Shown: positions 36,376-45,722 of the stretch, piece by piece | How the letters are laid out: the number at the start of each line of letters is the position of its first letter | How positions within the stretch are numbered: position 1 is the stretch's first letter | Source: a virus | Strand: one strand, 5' to 3' | Virus record (IMG/VR): IMGVR_UViG_3300047509_000156 | Coordinates: 32,001-96,000 of that record | DNA length: 64,000 nt | Notes under the pieces: generated by a model | Databases searched by the model: none | Seen by the model: the letters and a program-made list of their open reading frames with translations, nothing else | Told to the model about the DNA's origin: nothing | Program-made: the position numbers and the translations under genes

Positions 36376-38679
36376 CTAATCGGGGATTGGTTCGTCCGAG
36401 ACGACGTAAACGTCTTCGTGTTGCGTTGGCGTACTGACCATTGACTGCGCCGCTCCCATAAGCGCCTTTTTGCGCTTGCCCTGCTGGGCAAGATGGTCCC
36501 AGCGCTCGCGGGGTAGGATGTTGTAGACGAGGGACAAATCAAGTCCGACAGCGTGCAGTTCATCCCTGTTTCTTGACTCGTTGATCCTTTTGAGACAATC
36601 GGCTTCAAAGACGGCAGGTTCCTTCCTGGCACCGATGACCAGGGAGGCGAGAAAACGCGACGATGCCTTGCTGGTGGCGATGCCGAGATAGGCCATCAAT
36701 TTGCATTGGCCGGGCGAAGGACCGCTCGCCTGCCAGGCATCCTCCTGAATGCCGCAGAGTGCAGCCACTCTGGCGGGGTCTGTCCGCAACCGCAAAAGTC
36801 CGATCATCCGGCCTGCCAATTTTCTGCTGGGCCGTGCCTCTAGTTTCATACCCAGCGAGTCGATGAATTTCATCTGACCATCAGAGGCCAGGTTTGCCGG
36901 TGTTTCAAAAGGAGTGCTGTAGCCGATTTCGTTGACCGAGTAGCTGACCTCGGCGCCGGCACGGCTGCGCCGTTCAAACTCCTCGCGAGCCGCCTGTTCG
37001 GCTTCTTCGCGCTCAATACGGATACGCTCCTTGTCGACAGCATCCTGTCTCTTGGCCTCCTCGATGATTTCTTGAACGTCCACAGAATCGTCCACGCCGG
37101 CAGCGGCGAGCAGCTTTTCCGCTTTCTCCTTGACCTCGTCCGGCAATCCCTCGGCGTAGATTTCAATGGTCGAAGCACAGTCGGCCAGGCCGGTTATGCC
37201 GACCAGATCGACGATGAGGGCGTTGGGCTTTTCGCTTGCCGCGATAGCCGCGCGCCGAGAGGTAGCGTCCGGGTACGTGTGTAGCTTCTTGGCGAGTGAC
37301 CGCGCAGGTCGGCAGGCTCGTCCTTTCATTTGCTCGGCAAGAGAGGAGGCTTTTTTGCTGACGGGCCTGAGAACGGCGACACAGGACACATCGGGGTCGT
37401 TGTAGCCCTCGCGACAAAGGCCGCAGACAGAGAGGAACTGAAACTGGCCGTTCTGGTGGCCTTCATAAACTTGCTTCCTCTCGTGGGGCGGCGAGGAGCC
37501 GTCGAGTTGTCGGGCGTTATCTCCCGACTTGGTGATACTTTCCTTTTCGATCATCTCGCCACACTTACAGACGGCGCCATCGCCGATCATGGCGGAGGGA
37601 TACCATCGCGTCAGGCCACAGTCACAGCGAGCCTGGACGCGGGCGTTGATGTAGCGGGCGACGTTCTTCGACATTTCCACACCGGGAGAAAAGATGAGCG
37701 TGCGCCGGTCTTCGACCAGATCGAGCAGCGGTTCCACCATTGCCGCCAGGTGTTCCTCCAGCGCTCTTTCCAGTGCCGCATCGTCGTAGTCGCCATCAGT
37801 GCCAAAGAGTTCCGGGTTGCGAAAATCGACGCCGTCCACCTCGATGTAGCGCTGGATATAGGGCACAGCGTAGCCGTCCTTGACGGCACATCGTTTGACC
37901 GTACTGAAGAGGGGAAAGTCGATGGCGATGCCTGGGAATTGCTTGTGGCCGATGGACACTTGATCGAAGCGTTTGGGCGTTGCCGTCATGCCGAGGCGGC
38001 GATGGGAGGGGTTCTGGCTGAACCAGTCGGTAATGTGCCCCACCGAGGGTAATTTGTAGGCGTGCCGGTGTGCCTCGTCCCAGATGACCAGCCAGTCGAG
38101 TCGCCAGTCGAACTTATGCAGGCGGCTGACGATGTTGCCGCTCACTTCGGGCCGCTGCATCTTTTGCGTCATGTCTTCGAGGACGGCGGCGGTATCTCCT
38201 GCTTGCTCGATGTGCCGCAGATAGGTCTTGGCCATGCGTTTAGTCATGGCGCCAACCGAGGTGATGCCATACTTCGCCAACTTGTCGAGTTGCTCTGGAG
38301 TGGGCGGTGATTCTCGCAAGAGGCTGGCGCGGCTGGCGACCACAATGCGCGGAACGTCGTCGTGGGGAACCTTTTCCGCCTCCATCTCGATGCCCGGCTC
38401 GATGCCGAGAAAGTCACGGATCTCCTGGGAAAACTGCCAGACAAGCTGTTTCTCGTAGGTGACGACGAAGATATGCGCCTTGTTGCTGCGGCGCATCCAG
38501 GTATCGCCAATGAGACAGGCGACGGGTGTTTTACCCGTGCCCGTGGCCATCCGCAACAGTACGCCTTCGATACCGCTGTCCCAGTGACGAAAAGCCACGT
38601 CGTGCGCTTCGGTCTGGTAGTCGCGCGGCGAGAGGCGAGTCGATTTGATGGACTTCTCAAACAGGTCTTGCTGTATCAC
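36376..38679 (-). CDS. SF2 DEAH-box helicase
   Basis: PRDYQ, ATGTGKT, DEAH, GMTATP, EGYNDP, QMKGRACR. Confidence 0.92.
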   Translation of the reverse strand: MIQQDLFEKSIKSTRLSPRDYQTEAHDVAFRHWDSGIEGVLLRMATGTGKTPVACLIGDTWMRRSNKAHIFVVTYEKQLVWQFSQEIRDFLGIEPGIEMEAEKVPHDDVPRIVVASRASLLRESPPTPEQLDKLAKYGITSVGAMTKRMAKTYLRHIEQAGDTAAVLEDMTQKMQRPEVSGNIVSRLHKFDWRLDWLVIWDEAHRHAYKLPSVGHITDWFSQNPSHRRLGMTATPKRFDQVSIGHKQFPGIAIDFPLFSTVKRCAVKDGYAVPYIQRYIEVDGVDFRNPELFGTDGDYDDAALERALEEHLAAMVEPLLDLVEDRRTLIFSPGVEMSKNVARYINARVQARCDCGLTRWYPSAMIGDGAVCKCGEMIEKESITKSGDNARQLDGSSPPHERKQVYEGHQNGQFQFLSVCGLCREGYNDPDVSCVAVLRPVSKKASSLAEQMKGRACRPARSLAKKLHTYPDATSRRAAIAASEKPNALIVDLVGITGLADCASTIEIYAEGLPDEVKEKAEKLLAAAGVDDSVDVQEIIEEAKRQDAVDKERIRIEREEAEQAAREEFERRSRAGAEVSYSVNEIGYSTPFETPANLASDGQMKFIDSLGMKLEARPSRKLAGRMIGLLRLRTDPARVAALCGIQEDAWQASGPSPGQCKLMAYLGIATSKASSRFLASLVIGARKEPAVFEADCLKRINESRNRDELHAVGLDLSLVYNILPRERWDHLAQQGKRKKALMGAAQSMVSTPTQHEDVYVVSDEPIPD

Positions 38680-39719
38680 TATTTGACCCCCATCTGATCG
38701 TAGGCGTAGCGCGTGACGCGGCCCGTCTTGTGGCATTGCTTGCAGCCTTCTCCCCGGCAGAGAGGACAGGCACAGTGGCACTTGGCCGAGCGCACTGTCT
38801 CACAGACCGACTTGAGTTTGTTGATGGCGCTCTTGCGGCGGTCCATGTCAAGGAGCCAGGGATCGTCCGGCATCGTCTCGGTGAACTTCATGAGTTGCCG
38901 GCACCACGACTCCAGTTTACTGTTGAGCCGCTTGATCTGTTGTTCGGTCGTTTCATCTTCGGGCGCTTCCGGCTCCTGGTTCAAGTCTTCATCAGTCTGC
39001 TCGGATAGCGTCTTGCTCTTTTTTTTGCCGCTGCCCTTGCCGAGATTGCGCTTCCTTGCCTTTTTACGCTTGTCTTCACAGGAGGCACAACCGACCACGA
39101 CGCCGTTCTTCTTACACTGCGGGCAGAGGATCGGTTTCCCACCACCGGAAATCTGAGCAATCGTCTGCCCTGACTGGCCGTTGAGGATGACGGAACGGGC
39201 GCCATCGCCTTGCTCGGCAGCGGCAGCATCGACGCCGGCAGCGAACTGAGTGGCGTTCTTGACTGTGCGCTCAGAAACGCCGTGCTCTGAGGCCAGTTCT
39301 GCCGCCGTTTTATTTCCTCCCTGTTGGGGAGGAATCGGGCAAAATTTGCCCGATTCCTCCCCAACAGGTGCGCTATTGCTACTGCGCGTAAGTTCTCTCT
39401 CCTTACCGAGATAGTACAATTTTTGCTCTGGAGTCGCGTTTCGCCTTCCGAACTGGTTTTGGATAATCCAGAGCAATGCCGCTTCGCGTGAAGGTAGCTC
39501 GATTTTCCTTGTAGGAATTTTGAGATGCTTTTCCTCTGCAATATCGAACCGCGTGTGCCCGTCGCCAAGAATCGGTTCGTCTTCTCCTGGCAGTTGAAGG
39601 AGGACAAGCGGGTCGATGTGCTGGCTCTTTTCGATCTCAGCTTCCAGGGTGCTGCGCTCCTCTTTGGTCAGGGCGGGGAGATAGGACTTGAACTCCTGAT
39701 CGATCTTGAAGGATTGCAT
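38679..39719 (-). CDS. ParB-like N-terminal domain protein
   Basis: IDQEFKSYLPAL, ILGDGHTR, NQFGRRN, LASEHGVSERTV. Confidence 0.75.
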   Translation of the reverse strand: MQSFKIDQEFKSYLPALTKEERSTLEAEIEKSQHIDPLVLLQLPGEDEPILGDGHTRFDIAEEKHLKIPTRKIELPSREAALLWIIQNQFGRRNATPEQKLYYLGKERELTRSSNSAPVGEESGKFCPIPPQQGGNKTAAELASEHGVSERTVKNATQFAAGVDAAAAEQGDGARSVILNGQSGQTIAQISGGGKPILCPQCKKNGVVVGCASCEDKRKKARKRNLGKGSGKKKSKTLSEQTDEDLNQEPEAPEDETTEQQIKRLNSKLESWCRQLMKFTETMPDDPWLLDMDRRKSAINKLKSVCETVRSAKCHCACPLCRGEGCKQCHKTGRVTRYAYDQMGVK

Positions 39720-39740
39720 GTCTTGCCCTCGACTATATAA

Positions 39741-39845
39741 GCACGCTATCCTCCGGAAAATCCCCTGGTCCGGCTGAAGATGGCCGGGGAATAGCGTGTG
39801 GCTCAAGTTGTTCGGTTAGTGGCCCGGACCAGGGGTCACTGAGAA
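39741..39845 (-). promoter_or_regulatory. Structured leader copy 1 (behind TTGACG-N17-TAAACT)
   Basis: Similar to 40885..40996; alternative pairings. Confidence 0.6.
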
Positions 39846-39890
39846 AGCAGTTTATCCAGAGGCGATGTATCCGTCAACGAGAAAATCACG

Positions 39891-40877
39891 CTATTTCCCG
39901 GCCAGTGCAGGTACGCCAAGAATCTTTGTCTGCCAGGTTTCCCAGCACGTCATGAAGTGCGACAGATGATCGAGGCATGTGCGGTGTTCGAGGCTATTCT
40001 TCTCGTGCGGATAGGAGATAGTCAGTCCGTCTACCATGCCGACGAACTTGTCATACTCGGCCTTGACCGCCTTGAAATCGAATAGGGGCTTGCCGTTGCG
40101 CTGGTGGCTTTCCTTATTGTCTTCAGGTTCGGAGTGGCCGTTCGTGGTGCCGTTGCGGGACGCCTTTCGCTTCTCGGCAGCGGCCTTCTTACGTGCTTCT
40201 TTGCACTTCTCGCAGTCCTTCACCTTGCCGACGCGCGTACATCGCTCGCAGTAGATCGTCGGTGTCTTGGTGGCGGACTGTGACCTGCCATCCCTGCCAG
40301 CGCGTGTCCTTGTGCCGCCTCCGGTGCCACGCTTTTTTCTGCCGCCGGGACCAGTATTTTTCTTTGAATCATCAGAATGTTCATCATCTTGTTCATGTTG
40401 AGTGGGAGAACTCCCACCTGACATCTCGGTGCGCTCTTTGCGCATCTCTCCAACAAGATGATTACTGACGCGGCATTGATCTGCGATCCATCGATCAGCC
40501 TTGCCGGACCACTCCGTATCGTCCAAAAGCGTGGCGACGGCGTTGCGGCGATCATCATAGGTTCGCCGCTTGCCGTGGGAGTCGTTGGCACCGCAGGCGT
40601 ACAGGATCGCGTCCCTTACCGTTCCTTTCTTCACCGTGGCGTTGATTTTCTCCTTGCCGGCCCTCTTCGCGGCTGCCAGGCGAAAGTGCCCATCGGCGAG
40701 ATATCGGCCTCCGTTGACGCCATCGCTCTCGAAAACGACGATGTCCGGCATGTCCTTGTCCATATTGGTGCGGTAGATTTCCGCGTACTCCTCGATGGTC
40801 GCCTCGTCCAGTTCGACGCGGATCTGCGTCCCCGCGTCGGTGATGATTGTGCTTACGTCAATAAATTCAGTTGCCAT
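39891..40877 (-). CDS. ParB-like N-terminal domain protein
   Basis: TQIRVEL, YLADGHFRL.A, ANDSHG, DRWIADQCRVS. Confidence 0.8.
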   Translation of the reverse strand: MATEFIDVSTIITDAGTQIRVELDEATIEEYAEIYRTNMDKDMPDIVVFESDGVNGGRYLADGHFRLAAAKRAGKEKINATVKKGTVRDAILYACGANDSHGKRRTYDDRRNAVATLLDDTEWSGKADRWIADQCRVSNHLVGEMRKERTEMSGGSSPTQHEQDDEHSDDSKKNTGPGGRKKRGTGGGTRTRAGRDGRSQSATKTPTIYCERCTRVGKVKDCEKCKEARKKAAAEKRKASRNGTTNGHSEPEDNKESHQRNGKPLFDFKAVKAEYDKFVGMVDGLTISYPHEKNSLEHRTCLDHLSHFMTCWETWQTKILGVPALAGK

Positions 40878-40884
40878 CCTGCCC

Positions 40885-40996
40885 TACGGAAAAAGGCGCG
40901 CCATCCCCGGAATTCACCTGGCTCGGCAAAAGAGTTGCCGGGGATCTGGTGCGTGGTTCGAGTTGATTCGGTAGTGGCCCGGTCCAGGTGTCACTG
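40885..40996 (-). promoter_or_regulatory. Structured leader copy 2 (behind TTGACT-N16-TATGAT)
   Basis: Similar to 39741..39845 with compensatory changes. Confidence 0.6.
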
Positions 40997-41046
40997 GTGC
41001 TGATCATAACCCTTGTTCGGTGGGAGTCAAGAAGATTTCTTCTCAT

Positions 41047-42306
41047 CGAATTGTCTCCAGGAAACCCCTAGCTTCAGCTATGGGGAGGAATGGAGACGCC
41101 TTCGCCCCCATTCCCGACCTACCAACCTTGTTTCGGACGTTTTTCTTCCGTACAATAGGAGCATGAAACTGACCATTCAACTCCAGTTGCTCCCGACACC
41201 CGAGCAAGCGGCCCTCTTGCTCGACACGATGGAGCGCGTCAACGAAGCCGCCACCTTCGCCGCCAGGCAGGGATTCGAGGCTGGAGTCTTTTCCCAACCC
41301 TCGATTCACAAACTGGCGTATCGCTCCATCAGGGATCGCTTCGGCCTGTCCGCCCAATTGGCCGTCCGCGCTATCGGCAAGGCGGTTGAGACGTTCCATC
41401 GCGACAAGACCATTTGCCCCGTCTTCAGGCCGCATGGGGCCATCACCTACGATCAGCGGAACCTGTCGTTCAAGGGACTCGACAAGGTGAGCCTGGCAAC
41501 GCTCACCGGCCGCGAGGTTGTCGCGCTGGTCTACGGCGAGTATCAGGCGGAGCGCTTTGACCGGATCAAGGGCCAGTGTGATCTCGTCTACCGTGACGGC
41601 AAGTTTTTCCTGATGGCCACGGTGGAGTTGCCCGAGCCGCCGCCCGGCGAAGTCAAGGAGTTCCTGGGGATCGACCTTGGCATCGTCAACATCGCCACCA
41701 CGAGCGAGGGCGAGACGTTCAGCGGCGCGAACATCGACCGCAACCGCAAGCGCCGGGCCACCGCCCGCAAGCAGTATCAGCGAAAGGGGACGAAGAGCGC
41801 GAAGCGCAGATTGAAACGACTCGCGAAGTGCCAGGGGCGCTTTCAGAGGCATACCAACCACGAGATCAGTAAGCGACTCGTGGCAACGGCCAAGGCACTC
41901 GGTCTGGGGATCGCGATGGAGGACCTCACCCACATTCGCGGCAGAATCGAGCCAACAGTTTCGCGCCGGTTTCGACGAAGATTCGGCAACTGGAGTTTCT
42001 CTCAACTCCGGGAATTTGTGAAGTATAAGGCATGTCTGGCAGGCGTACCGTTCGTGCTGGTGGACCCGCGCAACACCAGTCGGACTTGCTCGCAATGCGG
42101 ATACTGCGACAAGGCCAACCGCAAGACTCAGGCTGAGTTCGTCTGCCTGCATTGCTCGTACTCCGCGAATGCCGACCGAAACGCCGCCGAGAACATCTCT
42201 CGGCTTGGGCAAACCAGTAGACTTGCCCCAAAAGTAGCAGTCCTTGCGTCTTCTCTCAACGAAGGCTAGCTGCAAAGCCCCCGGCTTTAGCCGTGGGGAT
42301 GTTTAC
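41047..42306 (+). mobile_element. IS200/IS605-family (IS1341-like, tnpB-only) element 2
   Basis: TCAT|...GAAA-CCCCTAGCTTCAGCTATGGGG left end; AAAG-CCCCCGGCTTTAGCCGTGGGG...TTAC right end, hairpin identical to element 1. Confidence 0.85.
41163..42269 (+). CDS. tnpB: RNA-guided endonuclease TnpB
   Basis: GIDLG / AMEDL / NADRNAA; CSQC..CLHC. Confidence 0.92.
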   Translation: MKLTIQLQLLPTPEQAALLLDTMERVNEAATFAARQGFEAGVFSQPSIHKLAYRSIRDRFGLSAQLAVRAIGKAVETFHRDKTICPVFRPHGAITYDQRNLSFKGLDKVSLATLTGREVVALVYGEYQAERFDRIKGQCDLVYRDGKFFLMATVELPEPPPGEVKEFLGIDLGIVNIATTSEGETFSGANIDRNRKRRATARKQYQRKGTKSAKRRLKRLAKCQGRFQRHTNHEISKRLVATAKALGLGIAMEDLTHIRGRIEPTVSRRFRRRFGNWSFSQLREFVKYKACLAGVPFVLVDPRNTSRTCSQCGYCDKANRKTQAEFVCLHCSYSANADRNAAENISRLGQTSRLAPKVAVLASSLNEG

Positions 42307-42638
42307 CCACTCTCTTCCTCCCTCCTCTGTTCCTTCGTCTGCCGCTGGAGTCGCTTCACCTCTGCCTCCAGTACCTCGGGCGTCTGCTTCTCGCGGGCGG
42401 CGACGATGGCCCACAGTTGCTCGATGTGGACCTCGCCATTATGGATCAGGCGATGACACTGGCAGGCCCAGTCGGCGCCTAACGCCATGAGGTTCCAGGG
42501 GTGGTCAATTCGCATCGCCCCGCCAGCGCCACGGCCCCTAACATGGTGCGGTTCGCGTTTCTTGCAGAAACGACGGCACAGCTCGCAAAATCCAGGCGTG
42601 CGAAAAAGTTCGAGCGTTGGCTCATCGATCAGTTTCAT
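42303..42638 (-). CDS. HNH-like nuclease (DUF968-like)
   Basis: CELC...EPHHVRGRGAGG...NLMAL....CHRLIH. Confidence 0.75.
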   Translation of the reverse strand: MKLIDEPTLELFRTPGFCELCRRFCKKREPHHVRGRGAGGAMRIDHPWNLMALGADWACQCHRLIHNGEVHIEQLWAIVAAREKQTPEVLEAEVKRLQRQTKEQRREEESG

Positions 42639-42840
42639 GCCTTTGCCTTGGCCCGCGCCAGCAGTTCGTTCTCCAGTGCCCGCTGTGCCTGGATGATACA
42701 GGTGTAAGCCTTGCACAGATTGCAGGTGCAGTCGGTGGCGTGCTTTTCAGTACCGATCCGCTTATCTTCGTGTATCCAGCCGCTCGCTGACTGGAGACAC
42801 TCCCTGGCGTCATTAAGAGTAATGGCAGTAATCTTCACGC

Positions 42841-43482
42841 TTATCCCCCATACGTCTTGTTCGTCTCGTTAAAGACCCAACCCTGGTTGGCGGCGTACTC
42901 GTTGATCATCTTCCAGACGATCTTCTTATCTTCCTTGGCCATGCCGGATAGCTGCTCCAGCTTGTCGTTGAAGTCGTCGCGCTTCGGTCCCAGGTGCAGA
43001 TACTGCTCCCAATCGCGTACAGTTTGGCTGCGCGGGCAGGCCCAGTCCGGCAATGCTGGTTTTTTGACGAACTGGCGTTTCTGCGTGTCGTAGTCGCACC
43101 ATTGCTTGGGCAGGTCGTACAAGTACCTGCCGATTCCCCACTTAACAGCCGTTCGCTTGATCGCGTCGGATACCGCTGCCTTCATCTTGTCGCCGCTATC
43201 TGGCTGTTCGCTTGGTCCGCCAACGTCCTGCTTGGGAATCCACTCGTCGCCGATCCGCAATGACAGGATACACTGTACGTTGCCATCGGAAAGAGCGGCG
43301 TACTCGTCCTTCCAGCCGTCGATCCCCATAACTTCGTCAAGTCTCTCCATGACGCATCTCGCGTCGATGTACGCGATGGCGAGGGCGCGGTTGCCGCTGA
43401 CAGCCTGCGGCTTGAACGACACCTCGTCGATGGCGAACGGTTCTCGCAATTGACGAGCGATTAAGTCCGTTGGCTTGCTCAT
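42841..43482 (-). CDS. Rad52/Rad22-family single-strand annealing protein (Sak-like)
   Basis: AYIDARCVMERLDEV.G...W, KQDVG, K.AVSDAIKR.AV.WGIGRYLY. Confidence 0.92.
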   Translation of the reverse strand: MSKPTDLIARQLREPFAIDEVSFKPQAVSGNRALAIAYIDARCVMERLDEVMGIDGWKDEYAALSDGNVQCILSLRIGDEWIPKQDVGGPSEQPDSGDKMKAAVSDAIKRTAVKWGIGRYLYDLPKQWCDYDTQKRQFVKKPALPDWACPRSQTVRDWEQYLHLGPKRDDFNDKLEQLSGMAKEDKKIVWKMINEYAANQGWVFNETNKTYGG

Positions 43483-43982
43483 GTCTTCTCCTTATTTGGC
43501 AAAGGTAATTGTTTCTTCGCTTGCTCTGTCTCGATACGCAGGGCGGCTTGCTCTAGGGCGTCCAGAACTTCAGGCGGAACTTCGCCCGACCGATCCCATC
43601 CATGATTGGCGGTAAAGGTCCATCGTGGCAGGGTGAGTGCATCAACCTCTAGGCTGCGACTGGTTAGCGCCATGTTCCACGATGGGCATTCAATCGTTAT
43701 GAACGTATCAGTGGTATGCTCGCCCTTGTACTTGTGGACCTTGACCGCGCTCGACCGGCATTTTCTATAGCGCCGGAAGAACTCGCTCGGGTTCACCCTG
43801 CCGTCCAGCAGCAAGCCGCGCATTCGCTCTGACACGAGCGCCTGCCGCCGCCGCTTGACCGCCTCGCTCAACTTGCCGTCCTCCTCAAAGAGATCGGCCA
43901 GCGCCAGACAGTAGAGCGGATCGGGCAGTTCTCCCTGAACCAGTATCGTCAGCCGGACGTAGAGGTCGCCGCGTTCGCTCAT
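43479..43982 (-). CDS. TIGR02996-like N-terminal motif protein
   Basis: PDPLYCLALADLFEEDG. Confidence 0.55.
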   Translation of the reverse strand: MSERGDLYVRLTILVQGELPDPLYCLALADLFEEDGKLSEAVKRRRQALVSERMRGLLLDGRVNPSEFFRRYRKCRSSAVKVHKYKGEHTTDTFITIECPSWNMALTSRSLEVDALTLPRWTFTANHGWDRSGEVPPEVLDALEQAALRIETEQAKKQLPLPNKEKT

Positions 43983-44001
43983 GATTCCTCCTTCGCCCTA
44001 A

Positions 44002-44028
44002 TATACGCATCTTTCTCCTCGTTGTGAC
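44002..44028 (-). promoter_or_regulatory. GTCACA-N15-CGTATA motif copy 5 (heads the recombination operon)
   Basis: Exact motif before AAGGAGG RBS. Confidence 0.8.
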
Positions 44029-44088
44029 AGGTTAGTTGCGGAATTCTTCGTCTTGCCACGTTCTCCGGCGTGTGATAGTCTCTTCCTT

Positions 44089-44337
44089 GTGAACGACGAG
44101 AAACCAGTTACCGACGAGTTTCTGCGGAAGCGTCTGGCTGCCCTCGTGCAGACATACGCGGGCGAGTACAACCGTGGCATCTCGGCCTTCGCCCGCGAGC
44201 ATGGATTCCAGCCCAGTTTCATCAACGAGGTCCTTTCCGCGAAAAAACCTGTCTCCGAACGTCTGGCGCGTCTCGTCGGCTATGTCAGAGAATCGAAGTG
44301 GGTCCGAATCAACGAGAAGAAAGAGGAAACACCGTGA
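44089..44337 (+). CDS. XRE/Cro-like HTH regulator
   Basis: ISAFAREHGFQPSFINEVLS.KK; divergent orientation. Confidence 0.7.
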   Translation: MNDEKPVTDEFLRKRLAALVQTYAGEYNRGISAFAREHGFQPSFINEVLSAKKPVSERLARLVGYVRESKWVRINEKKEETP

Positions 44338-45617
44338 CCTGTACCATCAAGTCTCACCGTCTCATCCATCCATCCTTGCCGCTACCGGTGCCGCGATCAC
44401 TGCCGGCAGTTGCCGCTGGAGGCATCCAGTGGCCATCCTTCACCGGGCAGGCGACGTTGGTGGGCACGTCTGCTGACGGTGGGACTACCGTCTACTACGA
44501 CAGCAGCCTCGGTGCCGCTGGTCTGGCAAATGCGCAGGCGTTGGTGAGCGATGCGGCTCGCATCAACGCTCTCGATGATGGGTTCTTCGGCGTGAAGGGC
44601 GGACCAACAAACGTCATCATCTTCGCGCTGGGCGGCGCCACGGATGGAACTGGCGGCGCTGACCATGCTTCCTGTTCCTTTTCCACGGGTGCGAACATCG
44701 AGGTGTGTGCCGCGTTCGGTAAGGACGCGCGCTGCTCCGCACTGTACGAGGCAGAGCGCAGCGAGTGCCAGATGCGGAACAACCTCTGTGGACTGTCCAC
44801 GGGAGAGGCCCTGTCCCGTCTCTGTGCCGAGTACGGTATCTTTCCTTCTGGCCCCAATCCGCTCGCAGATTTTGCCAGTACGCCGAGTTGGGTACAGGCT
44901 GGCTATCCCAACTGGGTGGATAAGACCCAGCCCAGCGACGGCGACTATCCGAGCATCGGTGCCGGAATGGCCTTCCTCTCATGGCTGCGGGCGCAGAAGT
45001 TCACTATTGCCCAGATCGCGCAGGCGATGGTGTCTCTGGGAGATTCCGGCACGCTGTCGCAGCTTTACAGCAAACTCACCGGACACGTCGGCAGTCCCTG
45101 GAGCACCTTCCTCGCTGCTGCCAAGGCGCTGCCGGCAATCAAGGACGACGACCCATTCGCTGGGGCGACACCTCTTCCGGGTGGCAACACCGGCACGCTT
45201 ACCGTCGGTACCGCCTTGCCCGCCGGCACGCTGCCGGTGAACGGTAACGCTGCCGCCCTGTCCATACCGCAAGGGCTGGCGACGGGCACCTATCCTGTTG
45301 GCGGTACGGCTACGCCACCTCCGGGTGGACCAACTCTTGCCGCCGCCCAGAAGGCCGCCGCTGGTGCTGTGGACGCCTACGCGGCACATTACCCGCGATA
45401 TTTTCGCCCCTACATCACCAATTGTGAACCAGGAGTCAAGGCAGCGCTGGCACAACTGTGGTCCAGCCCGCAGACCAGTTTCTCCCTGTCGCCACCCGCC
45501 GCACTGGCTCTGCCGGGATGGGCGAGTTATCTCGAACAGATCCTCCTGAAGTACGGCGAGCAGGCCCTGGAGCAGATCCTTCAGGATATCCTCGCTGGCA
45601 AGGTTCCGAAACCGTGA
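44334..45617 (+). CDS. Possible atypical zincin-like protein with extra C-terminal domains
   Basis: GADH..C, EAERSE, GEALSR pattern; no canonical HExxH. Confidence 0.45.
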   Translation: MTCTIKSHRLIHPSLPLPVPRSLPAVAAGGIQWPSFTGQATLVGTSADGGTTVYYDSSLGAAGLANAQALVSDAARINALDDGFFGVKGGPTNVIIFALGGATDGTGGADHASCSFSTGANIEVCAAFGKDARCSALYEAERSECQMRNNLCGLSTGEALSRLCAEYGIFPSGPNPLADFASTPSWVQAGYPNWVDKTQPSDGDYPSIGAGMAFLSWLRAQKFTIAQIAQAMVSLGDSGTLSQLYSKLTGHVGSPWSTFLAAAKALPAIKDDDPFAGATPLPGGNTGTLTVGTALPAGTLPVNGNAAALSIPQGLATGTYPVGGTATPPPGGPTLAAAQKAAAGAVDAYAAHYPRYFRPYITNCEPGVKAALAQLWSSPQTSFSLSPPAALALPGWASYLEQILLKYGEQALEQILQDILAGKVPKP

Positions 45618-45722
45618 TCACTGGAGTGAAGAGATGAACCGCGACCTTGTTGGTTTGTGTGAGGCGATCCTTGCCGGCGATCTGACGGCTATTACATCCC
45701 GCACCCCGACGAGGCCAAAAGA

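Noticed and set aside
41795-41818. ATTGAAAC in tnpB and at about 63499; ATTGAAAG at about 16702; GGGGATTCAAAC in MT-A70
   Set aside because: They lack the full GGATTGAAAC end or a repeat-length hairpin, and most are explained by coding sequence
44334-45617. Endolysin call
   Set aside because: No recognisable amidase, muramidase or peptidase motif; left as an atypical zincin-like protein
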